Source: an uncultured Candidatus Rokubacteria bacterium (lineage in GTDB: Bacteria > Methylomirabilota > Methylomirabilia > Rokubacteriales > CSP1-6). Taken from it: a DNA stretch of 64,000 nucleotides. A program made the translations under genes and the position numbers. Below, one piece after another: positions 39,882 to 50,143 of this stretch (position 1 is the first letter of the stretch; each line of letters starts with the position of its first letter). The notes under the pieces were generated by a model, which did not search any database, was not told the origin of the DNA, and saw only the letters and a program-made list of their open reading frames with translations. Location: assembly GCA_963762145.1 (NCBI GenBank), contig CAVXJS010000009.1, positions 608,001-672,000 of the forward strand. The letters are read 5' to 3'.

Positions 39882-42486
39882 CGCGGAGCGCGTCGGCGGG
39901 CAGCGCGCGCGCCATCCTCCACGCGGGATAGAGCCCGGCGAGCACCGCGGCCAGCACGGACAGGCCCACACCCTGCAGCAGGATCGCCGGCGACGGGTCG
40001 ATGGGCATGGTCCAGCCGAACGAGCGGCGGTTGATGACGAACACCAGGATCCCCGCCAGCATGAGGCCCCCGGGCACCGCGAGCACCCCGGCCAGCAGGC
40101 CCATCAGCCCGGTCTCGGCGGTGACGAGCCCCCACACCTGGCGCGGCGTCAGGCCGAGCGTCCGGAGCACCGCGATCTCGCGGGCGCGCTCGAGCTGCAG
40201 CGCCATCAGCGCGGCGAGCATGCCGATGAAGGCGACCGCGACGGTGAGCGTGCGCAGCACGCCGGTGATGGCGAAGGTGCGGTCGAAGATCTCGAGCGAC
40301 GCCTCGCGGAGCGCGCGGTTCGAGCGGACGACGATCTCTTGGTCGCCGGCCGCGCGCGCGCGCAGGTCCGCCATCAGCGTCACGAGATCCGCCCCGGGCA
40401 CGGCCTCGATGGCGACGCCCGAGACCTTGCGATCGTCCCAGAGCCGGTCGTAGGTCCGCCGGCTCATCACCACCACGCCGGCGCTCGAGCCGTAGTCGTA
40501 GAACACGCCGACGACCCGGAAGTCGCGGTCGCCCCGGTCGGTGCGAAGACGGACCGCGCCGCCCACGCGAGCGCCGTGACGATTGGCGTAGGGCTCGGAC
40601 ACGATCACCGCATCGTCGGCCACGACCCCGCCGGGCGGGCTCCAGATGGCCTCCGAGCTCCCTTCGCGGAAGCGCCAGCGCGGCGGCCGCGCGGGATCGA
40701 CGTCGAGCGCCACCACCTGCACCGCGCCGCGGGGCCCGGACACGAGGACGCCGCGGGACGTGCCCGCGCGCGCCACCCCGGGCGTGGCGGCGAGGCGCGC
40801 GACCAGCGCGGGCTCGAGCGCCGCGTCCGGCCGATTCCCTACCAGGCTCGGGGCCGAGACGTAAACGTCGGCGCGCAGGGTACCCTCGAGCCAGCTCACC
40901 ACCGCCTCGCGAAAGCTCGCGATCATGATCCCGACGCCGATGGCGGCCGACACCGCGATCATCAGCGCGGCGATGGCAACCGAGGTCCGGGAGAACGCGG
41001 CGACGATGCCGCGAGTGGCGAGCCGGCCGAGCGTGCCGAATGCCGCGATGGCGACGGGATGGAGCAGCCGCAGCAGCCCGAGCGCGGCGGCGGGTGCGAC
41101 GAGCGCCGAGCCGATCATCAGCACGAACAGGCCGGCGAATCCTCCCGCGATGCCACCGGGCAGGGCCAGGATCAGGGCGCCGGCCGCGAGCAATCCGAAG
41201 CCCAGCCACGTCACGCGCGGCACCAGCCGGCGCGCGCCGGTCTCGAGCGCGCCCCGGCTCATGACGACGCGAGGCGGCGCGCCGGTCGCCTCGAACGCGG
41301 GCGCCAGCGCGGCGGCGAGCGTCGCCCCCAGGCCCAGGAGCACGCCCTTGGCGAGGACGAGCGGCTCCAGCGCCACGTCGCGCACCGAGAGCACGAAGTA
41401 AAGGTCGTTGATCGTCCGGGTCACCAGCCCGAGCAGCCCGCGCGCGAGGACCCAGCCCAGCGCCAGCCCCGCCGTCGTCCCCACCACGCCGATCAGCGCG
41501 GCCTCGCTCATCACGAGCGCGAAGATCTCGGCGCGGGTCACGCCGAGGGCGCGGAGCGAGCCGATGAGGGGGCGCCGCTGGACGACCGAGAAGGTCATCG
41601 TCTGGTAGATGAGGAACATCCCCACGACCAGGGCGAGCAGCGACAGCGCGGTGAGGTTCCACTGAAACGCGCGGATCATCTGCGCCGTGGTGCCGGCCCG
41701 CGCGCCCGAGGTGACCAGCTCCGCCCCGGGCGGCAGGGCCCGCGCGATCCGCTCGAGCAGCGCCCGCCCGGCCGCGTCGTCGGGCGCGATGAGGTCGATG
41801 CGGCCGAGCCGGCCGATGGCGCCGAAGATCTCCTGCGCGCTCGAGATGTCCGTGACGAGCAAGCCGTCCAGGGCGCGGGCGCTCGCCGGGTCGCCCGGGT
41901 CGAGCACCCCCGCGACCGTCAGCTCGCGGCGGACTCCCGCCGCGCGGACCGCGAGCCGATCGCCCACCGCCAGGCCGAGCTCGCGCGCGGGGGCGCGCGA
42001 CATCAGGACCGCGCCGGGACGCGTGACGAGGGCGGCCACCGTCGACAGGCGATCGCGCGGCGGGGGCTCGCGGCGCTCGCCGGCGGCGGCGCCGGGAGCG
42101 CTCGACTCGTCCGCGCCGCCCAGGTACGGGCGGAACGGCGCCTCCGCGAAAGGATCGACGCCGAGCACGGTGAAGGTCCGCCCAGGGCGATCGGCGGCCG
42201 CGACGTCGCCGGACAGGACCGGCGCAGCGAGGCGCGCGCCCAGCTCCAGCTTCAATACCCGGTAGAAGTCGTCGGGCAGGCCGGACGGCCCGCCGAAAAT
42301 CTGGTGCGTGGCGCGACCGGTGACGGCCTCCGTCGCCAATCCGAAGGCCCGGCGCGCGCTCTCGTTGGCCAGGTCGATGGAGACCGCGACCGCCACGCCG
42401 AGGGCGATGCCGAGCACCGCGAGAACGAGCTGCCACGGATGCCGCCCGAGATGCCGGAGGGCGATCCGGGCGAGCTGTCGCCTCAC
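39874..42486 (-). CDS. FtsX-like ABC permease with duplicated domains (AttFG-like)
   Basis: [28 protein letters not shown]. Confidence 0.88.
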   Translation of the reverse strand: MRRQLARIALRHLGRHPWQLVLAVLGIALGVAVAVSIDLANESARRAFGLATEAVTGRATHQIFGGPSGLPDDFYRVLKLELGARLAAPVLSGDVAAADRPGRTFTVLGVDPFAEAPFRPYLGGADESSAPGAAAGERREPPPRDRLSTVAALVTRPGAVLMSRAPARELGLAVGDRLAVRAAGVRRELTVAGVLDPGDPASARALDGLLVTDISSAQEIFGAIGRLGRIDLIAPDDAAGRALLERIARALPPGAELVTSGARAGTTAQMIRAFQWNLTALSLLALVVGMFLIYQTMTFSVVQRRPLIGSLRALGVTRAEIFALVMSEAALIGVVGTTAGLALGWVLARGLLGLVTRTINDLYFVLSVRDVALEPLVLAKGVLLGLGATLAAALAPAFEATGAPPRVVMSRGALETGARRLVPRVTWLGFGLLAAGALILALPGGIAGGFAGLFVLMIGSALVAPAAALGLLRLLHPVAIAAFGTLGRLATRGIVAAFSRTSVAIAALMIAVSAAIGVGIMIASFREAVVSWLEGTLRADVYVSAPSLVGNRPDAALEPALVARLAATPGVARAGTSRGVLVSGPRGAVQVVALDVDPARPPRWRFREGSSEAIWSPPGGVVADDAVIVSEPYANRHGARVGGAVRLRTDRGDRDFRVVGVFYDYGSSAGVVVMSRRTYDRLWDDRKVSGVAIEAVPGADLVTLMADLRARAAGDQEIVVRSNRALREASLEIFDRTFAITGVLRTLTVAVAFIGMLAALMALQLERAREIAVLRTLGLTPRQVWGLVTAETGLMGLLAGVLAVPGGLMLAGILVFVINRRSFGWTMPIDPSPAILLQGVGLSVLAAVLAGLYPAWRMARALPADALRDE

Positions 42487-43196
42487 CCGCCGCTCCGCGC
42501 GATGGCCCCGGGCGACGGCTGCTCGACGAGCCGGCCCCGCTGGACGGCGAAGATCCGGTCGGCCACGCCGACGACCTCCTGGCTGTGCGTCACCATGACC
42601 ACCGTCTTGCCCGACTCCCGCGCGAGGCCGTCGAGCAGCGCCAGCACCGCGGCCGCCGTCTCGGCGTCCAGCGTGCCGGTCGGCTCGTCGGCCAGGATCA
42701 GCGCCGGATCGTGGACGAGCGCCCGCGCGATGGCCACCCGCTGCTGCTCGCCGCCCGACAGGCGGTCCGGCAGGGTCGCGCCCCGACCGCCGAGGCCCAC
42801 CCGCTCGAGCAGGCCGCGCGCCCTCGCGACCCCCGCCGCGTCGGCCATCCCGTTCAGCTCGAGCGGCAGGAGCAGGTTCTCCTCGACGGTAAGCAGCGGG
42901 ATCAGGTTGAAGAACTGGAAGACGAAGCCGATGCGACGGCGCCGAAAGCGCGTGCGCGTGTCCTCGTCGAGCGCGGTGAGATCGGTGCTGTCGACCACCA
43001 CGCGGCCCGCGGTCGGGCGGTCGATGCCGGCGACCAGGTTGAGCAGCGTCGACTTGCCGGAGCCGCTCCGCCCCACCAGGACGACGATCTCCCCGCGCTC
43101 GATCGCGACCGAGACGTCGTCGAGCACGACGCGCTCGGAATCCCCTTCGCGGTAGGTCTTGCTGACGTGGAGGAGCTCGACGGCGGGCCCGGGCAT
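42483..43196 (-). CDS. ABC ATP-binding protein (LolD/AttE-like)
   Basis: [30 protein letters not shown]. Confidence 0.93.
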   Translation of the reverse strand: MPGPAVELLHVSKTYREGDSERVVLDDVSVAIERGEIVVLVGRSGSGKSTLLNLVAGIDRPTAGRVVVDSTDLTALDEDTRTRFRRRRIGFVFQFFNLIPLLTVEENLLLPLELNGMADAAGVARARGLLERVGLGGRGATLPDRLSGGEQQRVAIARALVHDPALILADEPTGTLDAETAAAVLALLDGLARESGKTVVMVTHSQEVVGVADRIFAVQRGRLVEQPSPGAIARSGG

Positions 43197-43624
43197 GCCC
43201 CGCCATTGTACAGGGCCTCAGGTGTCAGGGATCTCGCGACGCCTCCACCATGTCAAGGCGAGCGATCGACCACCGGCCGTACTGCAGCCCCATCCAGACG
43301 AGGCCACACGGCCCAGATCATCAGAACCTCGGGTCAGCGACCCCCGCGCGAAGCCACCAGCGTCACCTCAGATCCTCATCGTCGCAAGGATGGGCAGCTT
43401 CTTGTTGCGGTCCCCTAGGCTGCCCCACCCTGGTTCCAGCATTTGGACCAACTGTCACCCCCCGGAGTCTCATTGATTCGCGTCGGGTAGTTTGGCAATT
43501 GACAACTTCAGATGCCGCATGTACGACTCTCTCAACGGGTGGCCGGTCGACTCAGATGGCACTGCCCATGATCTGCAGTGGAGACGTAGAGGTAACACCG
43601 GAGTAACAAGAAGGAGTGATCACT

Positions 43625-43933
43625 ATGATCATGCGTATCACCTGGGGCAAAGTGCACGCAGGAAAATGGGATGCCTATGAGCAGACGTATCGCAACACGG
43701 TGGTGACCAAGAGCAAGAATATCCAGGGCCTTCGCAACCGCTGGCTTGCTCGGGACACCGCGGACACGGATGCGGGCTTCGCGGTCAGTTTGTGGGACAG
43801 TCTTGACGACATGCGAGCTTATGAGCAGAGCGACTTCTACCAGAAAGACATTCTCGCGCCGCTGCAGCCGTTCTTTGTCGGCGAATTCAAGACTTATCAC
43901 TGTGAGGTGCGATACGGGCAAGAGGGCAAGTAG
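43625..43933 (+). CDS. Antibiotic biosynthesis monooxygenase (ABM) family protein
   Basis: AAGGAG RBS, GKWDAYE, VSLWDSLDDM; visibly lower GC. Confidence 0.75.
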   Translation: MIMRITWGKVHAGKWDAYEQTYRNTVVTKSKNIQGLRNRWLARDTADTDAGFAVSLWDSLDDMRAYEQSDFYQKDILAPLQPFFVGEFKTYHCEVRYGQEGK

Positions 43934-44124
43934 CCTGCTCTGACTCTCGACTCTGAACTCTGTAGCTACGTTCGGAGAGCGGGGTGATCTCCGCTCACCC
44001 ACGCTCCGCCTTCGCGCCCTTTCTCAAAACCCGGTGGTGAAGAACACCACCGCGCGCTCACCGATCCAATAGCCAACGAGAACGCACAAGGTGGTGTAGA
44101 CGACGGTGCCGATGGTGTCGAACG

Positions 44125-44478
44125 CTATGTAGCGTAAGTATGTGATGCGGCCGCATCCCGCGCAGGCCGAGGCAACCAGGGACCGGCACGGGGGGCCCGA
44201 ACCTCGAGCGCGTTCACGACGCGCCGGACGCCTCGCACGGTGCTCGCCACGCTCTCCGCCCGCGCCTTTTGCTCCGCCGAGACGACGTCGCCGGTCAGGT
44301 ACACCACCGACTGCCGGCTCACCACGCCCAGCCGGGTGAGGTTGGCGTCCTTCTCGGCCACGAGGCGAGCCTTCACCTCGCTCTCGATCCGAGCATCCTG
44401 CCAGGGATCCACGGTGGCGCAACCGCTGACGGCGACGACCAGACCGACGAGGACGAGCGACCAGAAGGGCCGGCCCAT
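44125..44478 (-). CDS. BON domain lipoprotein whose 3' end abuts a DedA-like fragment (44024-44150)
   Basis: VSGC lipobox, DARIESEVKARL, VYLTG, VRGVRRVVNAL. Confidence 0.75.
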   Translation of the reverse strand: MGRPFWSLVLVGLVVAVSGCATVDPWQDARIESEVKARLVAEKDANLTRLGVVSRQSVVYLTGDVVSAEQKARAESVASTVRGVRRVVNALEVRAPRAGPWLPRPARDAAASHTYAT

Positions 44479-44479
44479 C

Positions 44480-47400
44480 TCAGTTCAGCACGGGACGGCC
44501 GTCCGATCCGGTCTGGCCCAGGAGTCGACGAAGGAATCCGGGGCGGCCCGGCGGGCCCGGATCCTCCGGCTCGACCAGGTCCACCTCGATCCGGCCTTCC
44601 GCGCTTTCCGCCGGAGAAAGGGCAGCCACTTTCAGCCGCCCGCTGTCGACGCCGGCCTTCTTGATCCCTTCGCGCACCGCTTCGAGGCGCCGGGCCGCGA
44701 GGTCAGCGAGGTCCGTCTTAGATGGCCCTTTGTCCGACGTCTTCTTCTCGAGAGCCGGGCCGTCCGCCGGTGGTCGCGTCTTCTCCTCGAGTGCCGCGCG
44801 GTCCTGCGAGGACACCGCCGGCATGAGGGACAGCCGCACCACGGGCACCTGCTCGAGAAAAGCCGCCAACCTGGCCACTTGCTCCTGGGCTTCCGCCGCC
44901 AGCGTGGCCGAGCCCGGCGCGAATGGGATGGGGTCGATCTCCACCCGCTGGATCCGCGAATCCGACCCGACCTGGACGCGGCCGATCCAGCTCACCGGCG
45001 CCGTGATCGCCTTGACGGCCACGTTCCGCACCGTGCTCCAGAGAGCCTCGCTCATATCGAAGCGTGGATCGCTCAGCCGTCCCCCCACCGGCAGCGACAG
45101 CCGGATATCGCCGCGGCGATCCTTCATCAGCGCGACGATCATGCCGAGGGGCAGTCCGATGCGCGCCTGCGCCCCGTCGCCGCCGCCGGCCCGCGCCACC
45201 TCGAGCTGACTGAGCAGGATGTCCGTCTTCGCGTCGAGGACATCGCCGTCGATCCGGCAGCTCACGCTCGTGGTCAGCCGTCCCCCCCGCGCCTCCCAGG
45301 CCACCTGCTGCACGAGGTACGGATTCGTGCGCGGCACCGCGAAACCCCGGAGCTCCGCGTTCATGTCTAGACGGAGGGGGCCGCCCAGCGAGCCCACGGT
45401 GCCGCGGAGGGCGAGATCGGAGTCGGCGCCGACGCGCCCCGTCATGTCCAGGCGGGCGGGTTTGGCCCTGGGGTCCGTCGAGAGCCCGTCGATGCGCCCC
45501 GTCAGCCGCTGCGTGTCGAGCGCGATCGGCGGCGCGACGCGATGGTCGACGGTCCGGGCGCCCCCGTCCGCGACGACGAGATGGTCGACCGTGATGGGGA
45601 TGGTCGAGCCGCCGCTCGATGCCGGCAGCGGACGGATGGGCGCCGACGCGCTCGGGGTGGAGCCGCGGGGCCCGGCCCCATCCGGCGCGCGCGGAGAGAG
45701 CAGCACGCGCAGGGTCAGGGCTCCGCCCTGGTCCCGCTCGAGCAGGACCCAGGGCCGCTGCAAGGTCACGTCGCGGACGGCTACGCGCCGGGGCCAGTCG
45801 ATGTCGACCCCGGTCGCCTGTGCCCGCTCGACTCTCATTACCGTGCGCTCGCCGTCACGGACGTCGATCAACGATCCCGCAGCGCGGCCCCGTACGATGG
45901 CCCGCCCCTCCGCCACGGGCGGCAGCGCCACGGCGAGGTCGAAGTGGACGTGGCCGCGGATCCTCGCCGGCAAGGGAAGATAGGCCTGATAAGGCGCGAG
46001 ATCCGCATCGTTGCCGGTCACCCGCCCTTCGGCGGTGATCGGATCGACGCCCACCTGGCCGTCGAACTCGACCCGGCCGCCGCCCGGCGGGCGCATCCCG
46101 ACCCGGATGCCCAGGGGGCCATGGAGGGGCCAGGCCGCCCCGGTGACCTTGGCCTCAAGGCCCGCGAATTCGAGGGCGACGTCGGGCTTGACGGCGCGAT
46201 CGCGCCACACGAGGCCGCCGTCCTTCACGACGATCTCGCCGACGGCCAGCCCGAGCGGCGCCGCGGGCGCTGCGGGCGGCGCGCCCACGGCTCCGGGCGC
46301 AGCCTGACCTGGCAGGCCCGACGGCATGGCGACGCCCCCGGTGCTGTCCCGCTCGATCGTGCCCCGGGGCCCGGTGATGACGAGCTGCCGTGCGGCGAGC
46401 CTCGCTGGCCAGTCCACCTCGATCCCCTTCGCTTCCACCCGTCGGGCCCGCAGCAGCTCCCCGCGCGCATCCTTGACCCCGAGCTGATTGACCGCGATCG
46501 CGCCTTGCACATGGCTTGGCACCGTGGGAACGAGGGGCTCGTCGATCTGCAGATTGGCTTCCACGAGGCCATCGACGCGGAGGGGGCTCGGCACGAGGCT
46601 CGCCCACTTGCCGAGATCGACGCGCTCGAGCTGCAGGCGAAGCTGGCTGGCGGCGGGGGGCGGGCTCAGCTGGCCGGTGAGATTCAGCAGGCCCCCGCCC
46701 GGGACGCTGCTCCGTACGTCCACACGGCCGGGCCGGACAACCGGCCACGTGACGTCGGCGATACTGGCCCGCAGCGTTGACACCTGGAAGCGGCCGCCGC
46801 CGCGCGCGCTCGGGTCCTTGACGCTCGTCGAGCCCGCGAGCTCGAAGCGGCCGACCTGGAGCTTCTCGTCCTGGTACTGGAAATCGGCGAGCTCCACGGT
46901 GAGCTTGGGCACGAGCACGATGGGGTCGCGCTCGCCCCGCCTCACCAGCGCGACGTCCTCGAGCGCACCGGTGACGTTCGCCCGCAAGCCCGCCCGCGCG
47001 TCGAGCGCGACCTCGAGGGTCGAGCTCGCCCGTCCCCGCTCCAGGACCACTGCCGCGTCGCGCGGGAAGTAGAGGCGGGCGAGGGAGAGGTCGAGCTTCG
47101 AGGTCGTCACCGCGGCCTCGAGGTGGATCGGATAGAGCCGCACGTGCCGCATCTCGAGCAAGACCGGTGCGCCCACCGTCAGGGATCGCGCCACCGCGCG
47201 CCCATCACCGCGGCGGGTCGAGAGGTTGTGGGCGTCGATCTCGATGTTCTCCGAATACCAGGTGCGGGGCTCGGCCAGGGCACGGTCCTCGAGCGCGACG
47301 GTGCCCTTCGTGACGACGAGGCGATCCACGGTGACGTCGAACGTCCGGCCGGTCCCGCCCGCAGGCCGGATCAGATCCGAGATGTTGAAGCCCTCGGCGA

Positions 47401-47761
47401 ACCGGATGATGCGCACGGTCGAACCCTGGAGTGTCGCCTCGCGGATCCAGAGGTGCCCGCGCAAGAGGGAGAGGGGACGGATGCGGACGTCGAGGAGGTC
47501 GAAGTCGGTGAACGGGGTCTGGCCGTCCGGCTCCCGGAGGCGGAACCCGCGGACGACCAGCCGTCCGGTGAATGGGTTGAGCGCGACCGCCTCGACGCTC
47601 ACGGGACGGCCGGTCATCGCCTCGACCTGCTCGATCAAGAGGTCCCGGACCAGCGCCGGGAACGCGTGGTAGAAAGTCAAGCCAGCGGCGAGGGTCACGA
47701 TCGCGCAGGCGATGACGAGCCACCGGCCGGAGCCACGCGTTCTCACTCGCAGCCAATGCAT
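44480..47761 (-). CDS. DUF748 (AsmA-like) repeat protein
   Basis: VALNPFTG, FNISDL, GLPLGMIVALMKDRRGDIRLSLPVGG.LSDPRF. Confidence 0.85.
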   Translation of the reverse strand: MHWLRVRTRGSGRWLVIACAIVTLAAGLTFYHAFPALVRDLLIEQVEAMTGRPVSVEAVALNPFTGRLVVRGFRLREPDGQTPFTDFDLLDVRIRPLSLLRGHLWIREATLQGSTVRIIRFAEGFNISDLIRPAGGTGRTFDVTVDRLVVTKGTVALEDRALAEPRTWYSENIEIDAHNLSTRRGDGRAVARSLTVGAPVLLEMRHVRLYPIHLEAAVTTSKLDLSLARLYFPRDAAVVLERGRASSTLEVALDARAGLRANVTGALEDVALVRRGERDPIVLVPKLTVELADFQYQDEKLQVGRFELAGSTSVKDPSARGGGRFQVSTLRASIADVTWPVVRPGRVDVRSSVPGGGLLNLTGQLSPPPAASQLRLQLERVDLGKWASLVPSPLRVDGLVEANLQIDEPLVPTVPSHVQGAIAVNQLGVKDARGELLRARRVEAKGIEVDWPARLAARQLVITGPRGTIERDSTGGVAMPSGLPGQAAPGAVGAPPAAPAAPLGLAVGEIVVKDGGLVWRDRAVKPDVALEFAGLEAKVTGAAWPLHGPLGIRVGMRPPGGGRVEFDGQVGVDPITAEGRVTGNDADLAPYQAYLPLPARIRGHVHFDLAVALPPVAEGRAIVRGRAAGSLIDVRDGERTVMRVERAQATGVDIDWPRRVAVRDVTLQRPWVLLERDQGGALTLRVLLSPRAPDGAGPRGSTPSASAPIRPLPASSGGSTIPITVDHLVVADGGARTVDHRVAPPIALDTQRLTGRIDGLSTDPRAKPARLDMTGRVGADSDLALRGTVGSLGGPLRLDMNAELRGFAVPRTNPYLVQQVAWEARGGRLTTSVSCRIDGDVLDAKTDILLSQLEVARAGGGDGAQARIGLPLGMIVALMKDRRGDIRLSLPVGGRLSDPRFDMSEALWSTVRNVAVKAITAPVSWIGRVQVGSDSRIQRVEIDPIPFAPGSATLAAEAQEQVARLAAFLEQVPVVRLSLMPAVSSQDRAALEEKTRPPADGPALEKKTSDKGPSKTDLADLAARRLEAVREGIKKAGVDSGRLKVAALSPAESAEGRIEVDLVEPEDPGPPGRPGFLRRLLGQTGSDGRPVLN

Positions 47762-47789
47762 GTGGAGTTCCCTCCCCGATGATTGGAAC

Positions 47790-47804
47790 GCATCACTTGT
47801 GCCA
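47790..47804 (-). promoter_or_regulatory. Sigma-54 promoter of the DUF748-BON operon
   Basis: Minus strand TGGCAC-AAGTG-ATGC ~30 bp upstream of the ATG. Confidence 0.6.
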
Positions 47805-47984
47805 CAGTGTGGTCCCTGCCGAGCGGCAGCTTCGAGCGCCATTTTCGCGCCCAGTCCGTCGTCGCAGCGCAACGGAGCAGGTAACGAATTGCCGGCCGTG
47901 TGTAGAAGCTACCGGTCGTGCCCGGTGACGGGACTCGATGCGATGGTGCTGTAGGTGAACCCTTTGGTCTGGCTAGACGCCCAG

Positions 47985-48480
47985 GGTCGACGCCGTCGAT
48001 CAGATGCCCGATCAACGCGAGCGACGGCATCAGCGACCGATACTTTGCAAATGGCGAGGGTGGCAGGTCAAGAGCTCGTAAGAACCATGGTCGCGACTCG
48101 GTGGATGGCCAAACAACTCAACAGGAGGCGAGCTACAGCCGGTTGGGTGGAAGGGCTCTCCGCCGATTGCGAGGGGACGGCGGGTATACGACAAAACTGA
48201 CAGAACCTCGGTCGAGCGTTCGCGACCCAGACAACGTCAGGAACCTCGGGAAGCCTGCGGACGGACCTGGCGAGACCGGCCACCCCGGCCCGCCAGGAGC
48301 CGCGGGTTGATGCGGAACCGCACTGTGGGCCGCCCGCCCTCACGCACCCTGACCGCTTCCGGCCGCAGCCACCCGAGCTCGGCCAGGCCTTCGAAGGCGC
48401 CCTGCACAACCCGGGGCTCCGTCAGGCCCGTCCACTCGTTCCGGTACACGTCCCGGGCCGCGAAATCCTCCATCGAGATC
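47985..48480 (-). pseudogene. DUF3987-type replication protein fragments
   Basis: AKYRSLMPSLALIGHLID (~47990-48050) and FAARDVYRNEWTGL...LAELGWL...GGRPTVRFRINP (~48300-48470). Confidence 0.65.
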
Positions 48481-48773
48481 CGGCTCTTACCGTGTCGCGG
48501 CCAGAAGCTGATCGCCGCCGAGCCGGAACTCTGGGATTCAGATGGACGGAGACCCCCCTGCGGAGCGATCGTGATTGACGAAAGAGGGGGATCGGCGATG
48601 GCCTTCAAGCTTGACCGGTTGATGGGTTACTCACTACCGTGGGGCCAGGCTCAGCGGGCTCAATCCGCGAGCCCGTCGGAGCGAGTTGGTCGTTCGGGGC
48701 GCAGCGCCCCACAGCCGCAGGCGAACCGGGAAGAGGGACAGTCGGTCCTGCGCGCGGCAGGAGGGTTGCAGCG

Positions 48774-49013
48774 ATGGTCGTGAGACTCTTCGTAGGGAAT
48801 CTCTCGTTCCAAGCAACGGAGGAAGACGTGCGCGGGCTCTTCCAGCACGGCGAGCTCATCGACTACTTCACGCCCGGAGAGCTGGCCGCCCTCTACGCCG
48901 ACTGGCTCATCGTGGCGGGCGAGAAGCGGCTCATCGACTGCCGCCAGGACGGCACGATTCATCGCTACAGTGTCGAGCAAATCGTCGCGCGCGCCCACCC
49001 GCGAGATGCTTGA
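48774..49013 (+). pseudogene. Chimera of an RRM RNA-binding protein N-terminus and a methyltransferase-like C-terminus
   Basis: RLFVGNLSFQATEEDVRGLF then YFTPGELAALYADW...IVAR. Confidence 0.6.
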
Positions 49014-49212
49014 ATCCGGTCAGCGGGTCACAGTGGATCTCTCCGGCCTGGTGATCAAGGGCGTCTCGTTCAGCGGCAACGTGAAGAAGGCGCTGGGCAC
49101 CATCGTGCAGCAAGTCTCTCCCGAGCCGCCCGTCTATCTCGTCGAGCTCCTGTTCAGCTTCAAAGGGATCAGGCGGGTGGAGGTGCCCGAGGAGCGGATC
49201 CACCTGGCCTAG
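49006..49212 (+). CDS. Small hypothetical protein
   Basis: MLESGQRVTVDLSG..., 68 aa, typical codon usage. Confidence 0.6.
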   Translation: MLESGQRVTVDLSGLVIKGVSFSGNVKKALGTIVQQVSPEPPVYLVELLFSFKGIRRVEVPEERIHLA

Positions 49213-49781
49213 GGGTGCCCTCGACAAGGTCAGAGGCCGCCACAGTGAATCCGGTCAGCCGTCGGGGCACCCTTGTCACAAGAGGCTGTCACAAGCTAGT
49301 TCTCCGGGCCAACAAGTAAGCCGTGGCAAGTAGTTGGAACACGTAAGGCCCAGGACTATAGATCGCCGGCGGTGTACATTTCCCTCCGCAGCGCCCAACT
49401 ATACCATGTCGGACCTTCCGCGGCCGGCCGGCACCCGCTCCCGTTGCACGAGGTTACGCCCAGACGGCGATAACCCAACAGGAGCAGTCCTCCCGCTTCG
49501 ACCTCTCCGGTTTCTGTCTAACCTCGAGAAGGTTGTGACAGGGCGTCGTCACAAGCCGGTCCCCCCACTCTGGAACAGCCGGCATGACTGACACTTAGAA
49601 GAGAGGCCGAGGATTCCTTATCCTGGTGTCCTTTGGAACTCCGGGCCTGACAGTCGTGGTTCCATTTAGGTTCCAACGTAGGCCGACGGACCACACCACA
49701 GGCTGACGTGGGTCAAGGCTGTTGCGTCTGATTGCCGGGATTTACGTCGTGTTGCGTTCTGGCGGGGGCGTCTGGGGTTGC

Positions 49782-49821
49782 TTACGAATCAGTTGCTCTG
49801 CCACTGAGCTACCCCGGCGTT
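49782..49821 (-). repeat. Displaced 5' half of tRNA-Thr (att site)
   Basis: AAC plus tRNA nt 1-37; identity ends right after the anticodon. Confidence 0.9.
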
Positions 49822-50034
49822 TCAGGAACTTACGAGTCGCGCCTCAGAGTCTACCATTTCATCTGCCCGACTTCTGCCCTGGCGCTCAGTCTTGGCGACC
49901 TCGGCCTTGAGGTGGCCGGGGCTCAGGTGGGCGTAGCGCTGGGTCATGATCAAGCTCGCGTGCCCCAGAATCTTCTTGAGCGCGAGGAGGGGCCCACCCT
50001 GCATCATGAACCAGGAGGCGAAGTGGTGGCACAC
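49822..50034 (-). pseudogene. Second tyrosine integrase C-terminal remnant
   Basis: HHFASWFMMQGG...LGHASLIMTQRYAHLSP...AEVAKTER, closely similar to the first integrase. Confidence 0.85.
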
Positions 50035-50143
50035 CGCCCTCCTCCGTCGGGTGGACTCTGAGCCCCGCAGGTGAACCCAGTTCTCCGCAGCGGCGGTGTT
50101 CCTCCAGGAAGGCGTCGAGGGCAGCGAGCAGCGCGGGCATGAC

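Larger units (their letters stand above)
36914..49821. mobile_element. Decayed integrative element in tRNA-Thr, bounded by 40-bp direct repeats
   Basis: Identical TTACGAATCAGTTGCTCTGCCACTGAGCTACCCCGGCGTT at 36914-36953 and 49782-49821; integrase and DUF3987 remnants inside. Confidence 0.82.

Noticed and set aside
49782-49821. Second or split tRNA gene
   Set aside because: No T arm or 3' acceptor strand follows, and the adjacent integrase remnant explains it as an att site.
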